NCBI RefSeq assembly: GCF_018350175.1
Contig: NC_058368.1
Span: forward strand, 14,944,001-15,008,000
Length of the DNA: 64,000 bases
Direction of reading: 5' to 3'
Origin: Felis catus
Lineage: Eukaryota
Notes under the pieces: generated by a model
Database searches by the model: none
Told to the model about the DNA's origin: nothing
The model's input: the letters and a program-made list of their open reading frames with translations, nothing else
Translations under genes and position numbers: made by a program
Part shown: positions 52,560 through 64,000 of the stretch, in pieces
How the letters are laid out: each line of letters begins with the position of its first letter
How positions within the stretch are numbered: position 1 is the first letter of the stretch

Positions 52560-53900
52560 GTGGGGCAATGCAGGGCTGTGCGTGCGCTCCCGCTAGGAGG
52601 AAAATGCCATTTCCTCTCCGCATGCTTTTAGCACTGCAGGTACTAATTTCTACAGGAGGCAGGCTCGCTGTCCCCGAAGGAACTTGAGACCCTGTAAATG
52701 TACTCGCAACACCCACACTGCAGCCACCCACCACGCACAGATCGCCCCATCTTCACGCACACAACCCTCCCGGGCACACGGGAAAGCACACACACAATAA
52801 GAGGCCTGGCCAGGCCACTCCTTCTAGGCGCAGACTTGGTCTTCGCTCGGCGGCCAGTTCTGACAATGACAAACACCTCGCCCAGCTCCTCCGCCCTGGC
52901 TCTCCATCTCCACTAACAACGTGGCGAAAAGCCTGGCGGGGGGGGGGGGGGGGCGGGGGAGAGCTCGCCCTACTCCCCATTTTAAGCCCGGTGGCACCAG
53001 ACAAAAGAGGCAGGTGCCAGCAGCCCCGGAGCCGCCCCTACAAACCTTCCCCGGCCGGGGCCAGTCTGGCCAGGGCAGGGCAGCGCCTTTCGAGGAACTG
53101 CGGGCGGGGTGGCGGCGGCGGGCCGAGGGGGGCGCCCGCCCTGCCCTCCAAGCCCCGGGCTACCTCGGCGCCCCGCGGCTGCGGGAAGAGCAGGCGCCGC
53201 GAGCCCCCGGTGGGGCCCCCGGCCAACCCTGCCCGCGGCTCCCTTCCCCAGCAAAGGCAAACCACGCACCGGTCCGCGGAGAGACGCCGCCGGGGGTCTT
53301 TGTGGCCGCGCTCGGGGCCGCCTCCTGGTGCTGTCCTCACCCGGCTGGGCGCGGCCGGGGCTGCGGGGCTGCGGGGCGGCGGCGGGGCCGGGACTGGGCT
53401 GCAGCAGCTGCTGGAGCGCGGGCGTCTCGGCTGCAGCCGCTAGCGCAGGGATGTGCCTCGGCCGGTTCTCATTGAAATGCGGCGCTTCGCACAGCCTCGC
53501 TCCAGCCTCTCTCCGGAGGAGGGCGGCGGCGGCGGGCGCGCTCCCTTTTCTTGTGGCTCACTGGCTCACACGCCCTCCCCGCTCCGTCCTTCCCCTCCTC
53601 CGCGTGCGCGCTCCGGCGCCCCCGCCCTTCTTGGCCGGGCGCACCCACCACGGCTGCGCCCGGGGTCCGCCCCCTCCCCGCGCCCTCTATGACCGCAGCG
53701 ACCTCGGTGCAGCTGGCTTGAACAAACCCCCAGACCTCCCCCATTCCTCGGGAGTGGTTGTCTGGAGATAGGGGAAGATCGGATGGGGGCCTGGGGACAG
53801 AGGAAGAGAACGTGGAAGGGGCCAGGTCCGAGCCAGGAAAAGTGCGAGGTGGAGAGGTGAGGGGTGGAGAGGTGAGAGGCGGCGCAGCGGTGAGGCCCCC
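52560..53900. promoter_or_regulatory. DCLK1: CpG island / DCLK1 long-isoform promoter
   Basis: Very high GC and CpG density. GC boxes CCGCCC at 53622 and 53667, NRF1-like CGCGTGCGCG at ~53601, no obvious TATA box. Spans exon 1. Confidence 0.9.
53270..53460 (-). other. DCLK1: DCLK1 non-coding exon 1 (5'UTR); TSS approximate and possibly extending to ~53560
   Basis: GC-rich segment ending TCCGCGGACCG|GTGCGT (donor GT at 53269-53268) inside the CpG island. Resembles the human DCLK1 long-isoform leader as I recall it; not checked by alignment. Confidence 0.75.
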
Positions 53901-56599
53901 TCCCTCAGGGGAGACAAGGGAAACAGTTACTTCCTCCTCCCCCACCCCCGCACACACAGCCCCCCACACATACTTCATGATTTAACACTTGCCAGGATTA
54001 TGGGAGCCCACGTGATCCACTCTCATCCCTCTTGTCCGAGAGGCATCCGTGCACTTCCTCCAGGGAGGACCTACCCCCTACTCTCCCAGTCTACACACTG
54101 TAGTAGACCCTTTATTGGGAAGGACCAGATCTGTTCACAGACCCCACCAGTCATCTCCATTTGACCCCAGGACTTGAGTCACCCTTAAAATCGTGAACTC
54201 TGCTTAGAGCCGAAGATGTCACACTGGGCGCTTGATAACTTAAAGGCCAGGTTTCACTACTGGAGATCTGGGGGTTGCCAAAGCTAGCGGTCAGCACTGG
54301 AAAGCCCCATTAGCTCACCACAAGCCTTCCCTCCCGGGCGGGAATGTTCTCAGAACCCAGGCTGTTCACAGCTTCCTCCAGTGTTTGCACAAAAGCCCAG
54401 GGAGTGGGAACAGGTTGCTGACTTGTGAAACCTTAGCCGGCTTCACTGGGCAGCCTAAATTTTGGTCCAGTTAATCTCCTTCAGCCAAGTTTCTTGGGAC
54501 ATGTATCTGTCCCACATATGCACACATGTGTATTTTTCTCTCTTCAGCATGAAACTTTCCGTGGAAAATCAAAATTTTATTTTTCTCTTGCCCAGTGAGC
54601 CCAGTTACAGATTTGACTTCTTATTAATAAGAGCTAATCTGAAATATTTTCAAAGTATTATGTAAATACTAAATAATTACCATTTGTTATAAAATGCCAC
54701 TCAAATGAGATACATGTTGCATATTCAACAAGTTGCTGCAATATTTATTTTTGAACTGTTTAATAGCCCAGGGATGTGGGTACATGAACTCAACAAATTA
54801 ACTAAATGCAAAGTACTGAGACTTTCCCTTCAAATTCTAATGCAAAATGAAGGCCCAACGGGTAAGTGCAGAGAAAGTGAGGAGCCAAGTGTATTTTCTT
54901 GAGAACGGAAATCAGAACTTCTATTTATCTTTTAAGTGACAAATACGATGCAATGTCTGCCAAAATGCCAAACCAAGAAATAAATTCCATTTCCTAACCC
55001 CTATGGATATTCTATCAGGGTCATTTCTCCAGCACTTTAAGTAATTCAACCATAACTTAGCATTTTCCTAGCTGGCCTACCTGGAACATGCAGATAACGT
55101 GTTTAAAACAACAATAAAACACCTTTGAGTTTGATTCTCTCAGTTGCAAACTGCTCTCACTAGAAGTAGTTGGGCATCGTTTAGTCTTTCGGAAAACCCA
55201 GGGCACTGATAATAGATGGGCACGCTCAGTAGCCAGAGGCTACTATACTACAATGTGGTCATAGTCAGAACAGCAGGCTGGCACTAGCTGGCATCCAGTG
55301 ACCTGACAGAAGTAATTACAGGAGTGCGTAAGTTACTTCTAGGAAGTTTAATGAATTTAGCCAGGAAACTCCTAATTCAAGTAATTTTCAAAAAACTGAT
55401 GTTGCTTCCTTGACATTCCCAGGGTATCGGTCAAAGAAGTGACTGGAATTAATGCATCCTTTCCTCATGAAAATCTGAAGTTAATGGAGATCTCACTGCA
55501 ACCCCCGGAAACTAGGAAACTAACGCTGTCCGAGCCGTGCACCCCAGTTGCCTTTGCAGGCAGACTGCCACAGCTCCGCATCCTACAAGATTGACAGTGG
55601 CTTGGCCACAGCTCTGTCAATGACTCCCAGTAACCGACCATTTGCTTTTTGCTGTGCCACGACTTCTATACATTTTCTTATTTCATACTCATCCTATTCA
55701 AGGTAGGCATCAGTATCCTTACCTTACAGATAAAGGAATTTAGGCGTAGGGAAGTTACATCATCTGAGAGTCGTGCAGCTAATAAATGTCGAGCCTTCCT
55801 CCATTTTTAAAATCCCTGTGTTTTAAAATTCAAGTCAGTTTTCCAATTGCTATGGCCATATGCTTATAAAGCAATACCAAATTGTAGTCGGAAGTGTATT
55901 CTCTTTTGGAAAATACAGCCTTTTAATCAATGAATTTGTCATTTCATAACAGAGAGAGAGAACAACTCTTGGCTGTTGTGAACACTGCTTTCTTTAGTGA
56001 TGGGTATTATCAAATATATCTGTTCTGAACTGAACTTTTCATGAGAGTATTTGAGTTACCTCTGACTCAGGTTGATGGACAATCTTAGCTACATGTGTGT
56101 GTATGTGGGGTGTTTTCTTTCCCCCGAACATAAGTTTTCAGGTCCAAACCAAGGAAGAAAAAGAGAACTAAAGAAAAATACTTTTTAGTTGACCATGTAT
56201 CCCTTTCAAGATACCTTTTATTGGCTTCTTCATAGAAAATAAGCTCCATCATGTAGATTCAAAGAGAATAACAGGGAATGGGATATTAACAGGAAGAGAC
56301 ACACTCTCTGTTCTTCTCTCTGGAAGGGAATTTACTCTGTCCCTTCCATAATCTCCCTGCAGTCCTCCTCCTCCGGGGCCAAGGGCATGCAGTGCTCCTG
56401 GGTTGGGGTACCTAAGCATATTAATTGACCACCAGTAAGTTGTGAGAAACAGCTTTATAGAATATGATCATCATTCTGATTTTCCTTTCATTTCGTCCTG
56501 TACGGTAAAGGCTCTTTATGGCACTTCCCACATCTGTTCATAATTCCCCCTAATTACAGAGCACTTACTTCTGCCTTCTACTAGAAAGCCAGAAAGTCA

Positions 56600-57960
56600 G
56601 TGATGAGGGACATTGACAGCAGCCTGTCCAATTCTTACCCCATGCATGAATGCCCTCTATAACAAGTGGTCTTTCAGCCTTCTAATCGTGGCCCATATGA
56701 CAAAAGTGGAGAGAAGTAAGATTATCCTCTGAGAGTTAAGCTAGGTCACGGGATTCTGGACACAGTGGCCGAGATCTCTATAAATAATTTTTTCACTAGC
56801 CAATTACCTCTGGCTTGGCACTCCAAATACGCCAAGGGGCCAAACTACACAAGGTTTGAGACATTCACAAAGCAGGAAGGGACTCTACCACCTTGAGATG
56901 CCCTGTCTTAAACTGACAGAGCGCTTCCCAAAAAGCTTCCCAAAGCTCATTTCTCCCTTTCCTGTGTAATTCTTAAAGTGTAATTTCCCTCAGTAGAAGG
57001 GAACTGAGCACAGCCTGCTCCTCCGCTGGGCAGCTCCTCAGATTAAACACACTTCCCCCAGGTCTTCTCTTTCAATCTACATGAGAAGAAATCTAATGGC
57101 CCCGCCTTTTACTTAACAGCCCTCTTATATGCTACCAAATTCTACTCTTCATTAACTAGGAATCCCCAGTCCTTCAACCATTTCTTTTTTTTTTTTTAAT
57201 GTTTATTTTATTTTTGGGAGAGAGAGAGAATGCAAGTGGGCAGAGAGCGAGGAGACAGAGGATCCGAAGTGGGCTCCGTGCTGACAGCAGACAGCCAGAT
57301 ATGGGGCTCCCACTCACAAACCAGGAGACCGTGACCTGAGATGAAGTCAGATCCTTAACTCACTGAGCCACCCAGGTGCTCCAGCCCTTCAACTATGTCT
57401 CACGTGACATAGTTTGGAAGTGACATAGTTTGGAAGCGCCCGTGGTGTGCAGTTGTCAGTATCTCCCGCCACGTCTGCTTCTCAGAACTGGATGAGGCGC
57501 GACAGGGTGGTCTGACTGGCGAAGTTCCATGACTTCGATGGTTTTCAACGCACTGCTTCTATTAAAGGAGCCTAACATCACATCAGTGTCTCTGGCAGGC
57601 GTGCTGCACTATTGACTCATGCAGTCAACTAAAATCTCCATGCATTTCACGTGTTTTGCTCTTAAAGTCCCTTATCCTGTATTTGTTCAATTAGATTTGG
57701 GGCACCTGAGTCCAACGCTCTGTATTTTCCCTTATTAACTTGTCTGTTGTTATGTGATCAACCTTTCAACCTGTGGAGTGAGATCCTTTTTGGGCTCATT
57801 ATGTCACTTACTTCAGCTTTTTTTGTCCGTCTGATTAACACCACACCAACATCGTCATCTCGGTTGCTGTTAAAAGCTTTCAGCAGGAACATGGTCACAG
57901 CAGGCTCTGTCAGCTCACTGCCCAGGATCTCTCTCCAAGTTGACCACTGATGGCAAATGA
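56600..57960 (-). mobile_element. L3/CR1-like ancient LINE relics, interrupted by a SINE at 57185-57380
   Basis: cagaactgga...gtggtctgac...gcagtcaactaaaa-type CR1/L3 motifs; heavily diverged. Confidence 0.5.
57185..57380 (-). mobile_element. CAN-SINE
   Basis: Reverse SINE body, TSD-like ccttcaac. Confidence 0.9.
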
Positions 57961-58087
57961 CTCTCAATGTACTTGGTAAGTACAGACATTAACATGTTCT
58001 CCATAGAAAATAAACATCTAGAGATCTAGTGATAGCTAAAATTTGTGTTTTTCCATCTAGGATTGTATCATTGACTTCCATACCACT

Positions 58088-58700
58088 TTTTCATCCATTC
58101 ATCCATTCACCCAAGAAATAAATTTCAAGTGTCTCCAATGTGCCAGGCACTGTGTGCTAGGTGAGAGTAATGCAGTTATGAGGTAGAATTACAAGGATTC
58201 TCTGCCCATGGCATTGACAGCCTGTAGGGACACAGATGTTAAACACATACTTACACAAATAATTATTTAATTTCAAAATGGCTAAGTACTGGGAAGGAAA
58301 AGAACAAAGAGCTTCAGAGAGAGCTTCCCCAAGGAAGTAACATTTAAGCAGAGACCTGAAGCCAGCCAGGCAACAGGGTGGGAGAGTATGATTCCAAGCA
58401 GAAAAAATAGCCCTGTGAAAACTGAGTGGGAAGCAGCTTGTTCTAGGAGCAGGAGATGGGCGGAGTAGCTGTAGCAGAGTGGAGAGACGTGGGCTGTGAA
58501 TGTGGGTAGGACCCCTTCAGGGTCCAGGTCCGAGAGCCATGTTAGGGAATGTGGGCTCTGTTGTAAGAGAAAAGGGAAATCACTAAAGAGTTTTAAGCAG
58601 AAATCTGGCCAGATCAGATTTGCGTGTTTAAAAGCTCCTCTTGCTTTCCTGGCTGCTATTGGAGCATAGTGGAGAAGCACAGGGGAATAAGAACAATTTC
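58088..58700 (-). mobile_element. L2 fragment
   Basis: ttcatccattcatccattca...atgtgccaggcactgtg...gaagtaacatttaagcagagacctgaa...gagttttaagcag. Confidence 0.8.
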
Positions 58701-60070
58701 ACTTTCAAGGTCTCAGTTGGAGAGGGTGGCAGGGAAGAACAGTGGGTGGGAGGGAAACTTCCTTCCGGTTGTACTATGTTTCCCTGATGATGTGAATCAG
58801 CGCTTATTAAGGTATTTAAATCCGTGGAGTTTTTTAAGTCCATAGATTAAATACAGCATCTCCGAGTGAAAAATATTTAAAATTTTAGGTTGCTTTTTAT
58901 ACAATCATTTCAGAAAAATAATTTTAAAGTGTGTATTTATACATTCTGTCACTGTTCCAGAACATGGAAGTGTCCCCCTCAACAGAAGGAAAATTTTACT
59001 TAATCCTAAAAGTAGCCTCAAAATAGTCACCTTTGCTAAAATGCATTTGAATAGAATTTTAGTTTACCACAATCTTCCCCCAGAAGTTTCTTAAGTAGAT
59101 GATTCACTTTTTATATTCATTAAGGCACACTTACATTAAAATATACCACTTTGCTGCATTCCATGTCCTGAGATCTCTCATTGATTCTATAAGACACAAA
59201 TACTTAAGAAGTCACAATAGTTATGCTAGTACCCTGGGAATGTAGAATCTACCAGAAACATCTAGGACTTTTTAGACCTGGGTTCAGAGAACAGTGATAG
59301 TCCTTTTATCAAATATGCACGTAGACTGAATAGCTTCATCCATAAAGTCAAAGAATCTTTGGCAACTTTTTAATGTATCTCAAGTTTTATTTTATCTTGT
59401 TTTGTTTTGTTTTGTTTTTTATTTGTGGAAGTGGATTCTGAAAGGTACCTTCCAAACAAAGAGAAAACTTACTAAAGTTCTGCTCTTGATAATTTTCTAG
59501 GTGAAAAAAAAAAGTATCATATATTTTCCTCTAAACTTTTTCCATGTGTATGTAAACATAGAAACATACAGTCTTCTATGGAAAAAAAAAGGGTATGTTA
59601 ATGTATATAATGTTTTGGAACTTTTATTGACTTAACAATCAACTCAAAATATACGACAAATCTAAATACACTCATCTAGTGTGCATGAATGTGACACTAC
59701 ACACTGGAAAGCCGCCCTACCTTTCTTGGTTCTAATAAAACATGAGGCCAGATGATTGAATATATTGTGGTGTTTTTGTTTGTTTTTGTTTTTGTTTTAA
59801 TCAGTAAGCATGATTCAAGTAACAAATACACAAGAGGGTAAGGAAGCAGAACTGGCTTTGCCTTGAGGGCACTGAGTTTCAGTGTTCACAGCTTCCCAAG
59901 GCAAGGGACTGGGAAACAAAGCTGAGCACACACTTAATGGGAAACACTGAAAAGGAAACCCTACTCATGAAGCTGTGGCCTCAGAGGGCACTCTGAGTAA
60001 AAGAGCACCTGTCTCAAAATCTGGTGTTAGGTAAAGAAGGAAAATATTCCCTAAGAATTTAGATACACAA

Positions 60071-63000
60071 GGAGGAGGAGTTAAGATGGCAAAGCAGCAT
60101 GGGGACCCTGAGCTTGTCTCATCTCTGAAACGCAGCTAGATCAACACCAAACCATTTTGCACACCTAGGAAAGTGATCTGAGGATTAACACAACAGTCTG
60201 CATAACTTGAGCCACAGAACTCAGCAGGTATGAGGTGCAGAGAGGTGAACTGGAAGAAAGAAAAGCTGTGGAGGGTAGGAAGCTGTTTTTGCAGAGAGAG
60301 GACAGAGAAAAGAAAGGGGGAGAGTGCGGGACATCAGGATCATGGAAGAAAAGCACTCCCCCCAAAAGTAGTTGGAGAGAAAAGGTGGAAACAGTCACAG
60401 GAGACCAAACAAGAAATCTGTTACCCAAAACCACTGATGGGAAGAAAGAAGAGGGTTTCAACACCACCAGGATTCTAAAAACAGTGGAGCACAGAGTCTG
60501 AAGTTCCAGAGTTCGGTGCCTGGCTGTGCTCCGGTGAGGAAAAAGGGTGAATCCCCAGGAGCAGGCAGCTGAGGAGTCCATGTGCCACATGGGGAGAAGC
60601 AGTTCCCCTGCTTGGAGAGCATTTGGTAGAGGCCATCCCCACAGGCAAAGGTCTCAGGGGACCCCGAAGGGCAGCCACATTTGCTGGTATTGGGACAAAG
60701 ATGCCAGAGTGCAGTGAAACCTGGCACCGGCTGTGTGTTGTGATTTGCCATAATCTCTGAACCTCTGCTACTAAGCAATCACATGAACGTTTCTGGGGCA
60801 ATCCAGCACCCGGCCATTGCTCAGAGAGACCCTCCCACAGAGAGTTGGAGCCACAGGGGTCTCTGAAGTGAGGGGTTTGAAATACAACCTCATTTGAGAT
60901 GAAACTCAGGGTAACAAAATGGATAAGAAAGCAAGACCTGCCTATATGCTGCTTACAAGAGACTCATTTTAGACCTAACGATACCTGCAGATTAAAAGTA
61001 AGGGGATGGAGAACCAACTGTCATTCAAATGGTCATCAAAAGAAAGCTGGAGTCGCCAAACTAGATTTTAATATAAGCTGACAGGTGGACAGTTTGGATA
61101 TGGACAGGGTAGAGGCAGGGAGTGGACAGAGGCCTGAGACAAAGGAGGGGTGCTTGACTGCAGGTGGGAGAGAGCGCGAAGTTCCTGTGCCAGAGACTAG
61201 GGAGCTGGGTGAAGCCATTTCTACCTCTCCCACGCATGTGCATGTGTGCATGCAAAGTAATCCACCCCAGTAAGCTAAGCAGCGCTACGTAGTGGAAAAC
61301 GGAGCCATTACACTGAGGCCCGGCCAACTGTACCCTTGAAGCACATCCCCTAGAAGACTGGCACAAGTCCCTCCACCTGCTTAGTGTATGGACTAAGCCT
61401 CCAACTTCAGCTCAGGTCATGATCTCACAGTTTGTGAGTTCGGGCCCCAAAATGGGCTCTGTGCTGACATTCTCTAGAATAGATCACATAGTGGGTCACA
61501 AATTAGTCCTCATCAAGTACAAAAGGATTGAGATCATACCTTGCCTCTTTTCAGACCACAATGCTATGAAACTTGAAATCAACCACAAGAAAACATTTAG
61601 AAAGACCATGAATACTTAGAGATTAAAGAACATCCTACTAAAGAATGAATTGATTAACCAAGAAATTAAAGAGTAAATTAAAATGTACATGGAAGCCAAT
61701 GAAAATGAAAACATGACAGTCCAAAACCTCTGGGATGCAGCATAGGTGGTCATAAGAGGGATGTATATAGCAATCCAGGCCTTCTTAAAGAAGGAAGGCC
61801 TCAAATACACACCCTAATCTGACACTGAAAGGAGCTGGAAAAAGGAGAGGAAATAAAGCCCAAAACCCACAGAAGATGGGAAATAATAAAGATTAGAGCA
61901 GAAATCAATGATTTCAAAATAAAAACAACAATAACAACAACAATAACAACAACAAAACAGTAGAACAGATTAATGACCAGATTAAAAAGAAAAAGGAAAG
62001 GACCCAAATAAATAAAATCATGAATGAAAGAGGCAAGATCACAACCAACACCACAGAAATACAAACACTAATAGGAGAATATTATGAGCAATTATATGCC
62101 AACAAATTAGGCAATCTGGAAAAAATGGATAAATTCCTAAAAACATATAAACTACCAAAACTGAAACAGGAAGAAATAGAAAATCTGAACAGACCCATAA
62201 CCAGTAAAGAAACTTAATTAGCAAACAAAAATCTCCCAACAAACAGAAGAAGTCCAGGGCCGGATGGCTTTCCAGGGGAATTCTACCAAACATTTAAAGA
62301 AGACTTAACACGTATTGTTTAGATGTTCCAAAAAACAGAAATGGAAGGAAAACTTCCAAACGCATTCTATGAGGCCAGCATCACCTTGAATCCAAAACCA
62401 AAGACCCCACTAAAAAGGAGAACTACAGATGAACATGGATGCAAAAATCCTCAACAAGATACTAGTCAACCAGATCCAACAACACATTAAAAGAATTATT
62501 CACCACAACCAAGAGGAATTTATACCTGGGATGCAGGGCAGGTTCAATATCCACAAAACAATGTGACACATCACATCAATAAAAGAAAGGACAAGAACCA
62601 TATGATCCTCTCAATAGTCGCAGAGGAAGCATTTCACAAAACACAGCATCCTTTCTTGATAAAAAGCCTCAAGAAAGTAGGGATACAAGGATCATACCTC
62701 AAGATCATAAAAGCCATACATGAAAGACCCCACCACTAATATCATCCTCAGTGGGGAAAAACTGAGAGCTTTCCCCTTAAGGTCAGGAACACAACAGGGA
62801 TGTCCACTCTCACCACTGTTATTCAACATAGTATTGGAAGTCCTAACATCGCAATCAGACAACACAAAGGAAAAAAAGGCATCCAAACCGGCAAGGAGGA
62901 AGTCAAACTTTCACTCTTAGCAGATGATGTGATACTCTATGTGGAAAACCCAAAAGATTTCACCAAAAAAACTGCTACAACTGATCCATGAATTCAGCAA

Positions 63001-64000
63001 AGTCACAGGATATAAAATCAATGCACAGAAATCAGTTGCATTTCAATAATGAAGCAACAGAAAGAGAAATCAAGGAATCAATCTCATTTACAATTGCACC
63101 AAAACTCATAAAATACCTAGAAATAAACCTAACCAAAGAGGTGAAAAATCTGTACACTGAAAACTATAGAAAGCTTATGAAAGAAATTGAAGAAGACACA
63201 AAAATATGGAAAAACATTCCATGCTCATGGACTGGAAGAACAAATATTGTTAAAATGTTGATCCTACCCAAAACAATCTACATATTCAATGTAATCCCTA
63301 TCAAAATAACACCAGCATTCTTCACAGAACTAGAACAAACAATCCTCAAATTTGTATGGAACCAGAAAAGACCCTGAATACCAAAGCAATCCTAAAAAAA
63401 GAAAACCAAAGCTAGAGGCATCACCATTCCAGACTTCAAGCTGTATTACAAAGCTGTAATCATCAAGACAGTACGGTGCTGGCACAAGAACAGACACATA
63501 GATCAATGGAACAGAACAGAGAACCCAGAAATGGACCCACAAACATATGGCCAACTAATCTTTTACCATGCAGGAAAGACTAGCCAATGGTAAAAAGACA
63601 GTCTCTTCAGCAAGTGGTGCTGGGCAAACTGGACAGCCACATGCAGAAGAATGAACCTGAACCACTTTCGTACACCATACACAAAAATAAATTCAAAATG
63701 GATGAAAGACCTAAATGTAAGACAGTAAGCCATCAAAATCCTAGAGGAGAAAAGAGGCAACAACATCTTTGGTCTCGGCTGCAGCAACTTCTTACTTGAC
63801 ATATCTCTGGAGGCTAGGGAAACAAAAGCAAAAAATGAACTCTTGGGACGTCATCAAGATAAAAAGCTTCTGCATGGTGAAGGAAACAATCAGCAAAACT
63901 AAAAGGCAACTGGCGGAAGGGGAGAAAATATTTGCAAGTGACATCTCAGATAAAGTGTTAGTATCTAAAATCTATAAAGAACTTATTAAACTCAACACCC
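60071..64000 (+). mobile_element. Carnivore L1: 5'UTR plus degraded ORF2 (EN/RT), rearranged, ORF1 absent, truncated by the window end
   Basis: 5' end ggaggaggagttaagatggc. ORF2 motifs [72 protein letters not shown], with stops and frameshifts. Confidence 0.95.

Noticed and set aside
53326..53336. GGACAGCACC in exon 1 as a REST site
   Set aside because: Only a half-site; no properly spaced partner half.
52921..53985. Several 100-220 aa ORFs on both strands
   Set aside because: Stop-codon scarcity in a CpG island; low-complexity Ala/Gly/Pro/Arg translations.
61469..64000. Active L1 ORF2
   Set aside because: Multiple stops, frameshifts and small internal deletions, and ORF1 is absent.

Overview
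Mammalian genomic DNA, almost certainly felid given the feline-type CAN-SINEs and carnivore L1. The window holds the 5' end of DCLK1 (doublecortin-like kinase 1, long isoform) on the minus strand. It contains a CpG-island promoter and non-coding exon 1 (~53270-53460), coding exon 2 (ATG at 48228, 376 coding nt) and exon 3 (347 nt, in phase, 241 codons in total). A long intron 3 runs off the left end. The rest is intronic or upstream DNA dense in repeats: about 30 SINEs, L1/L2/MIR/CR1 relics, Tigger2, MER20, MER5, MLT1, MER21, a clean ERV solo LTR and a large carnivore L1 at the right end. I found no convincing new gene or new biological system. The most unusual directly visible structures are (i) a ~160-bp, 98%-identical templated copy of an L1 tail plus unique flank pasted into a MIR 2.9 kb away, (ii) an internally scrambled L1 lacking ORF1 with a SINE piece at one junction, and (iii) repeated SINE insertion at one target site. 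Regulatory hypotheses (exon 2-3 circRNA, inverted-SINE dsRNA, uORF, alternative donor, motif cluster) are inference only. Repeat family names come from recognition by eye and need RepeatMasker/Dfam confirmation.
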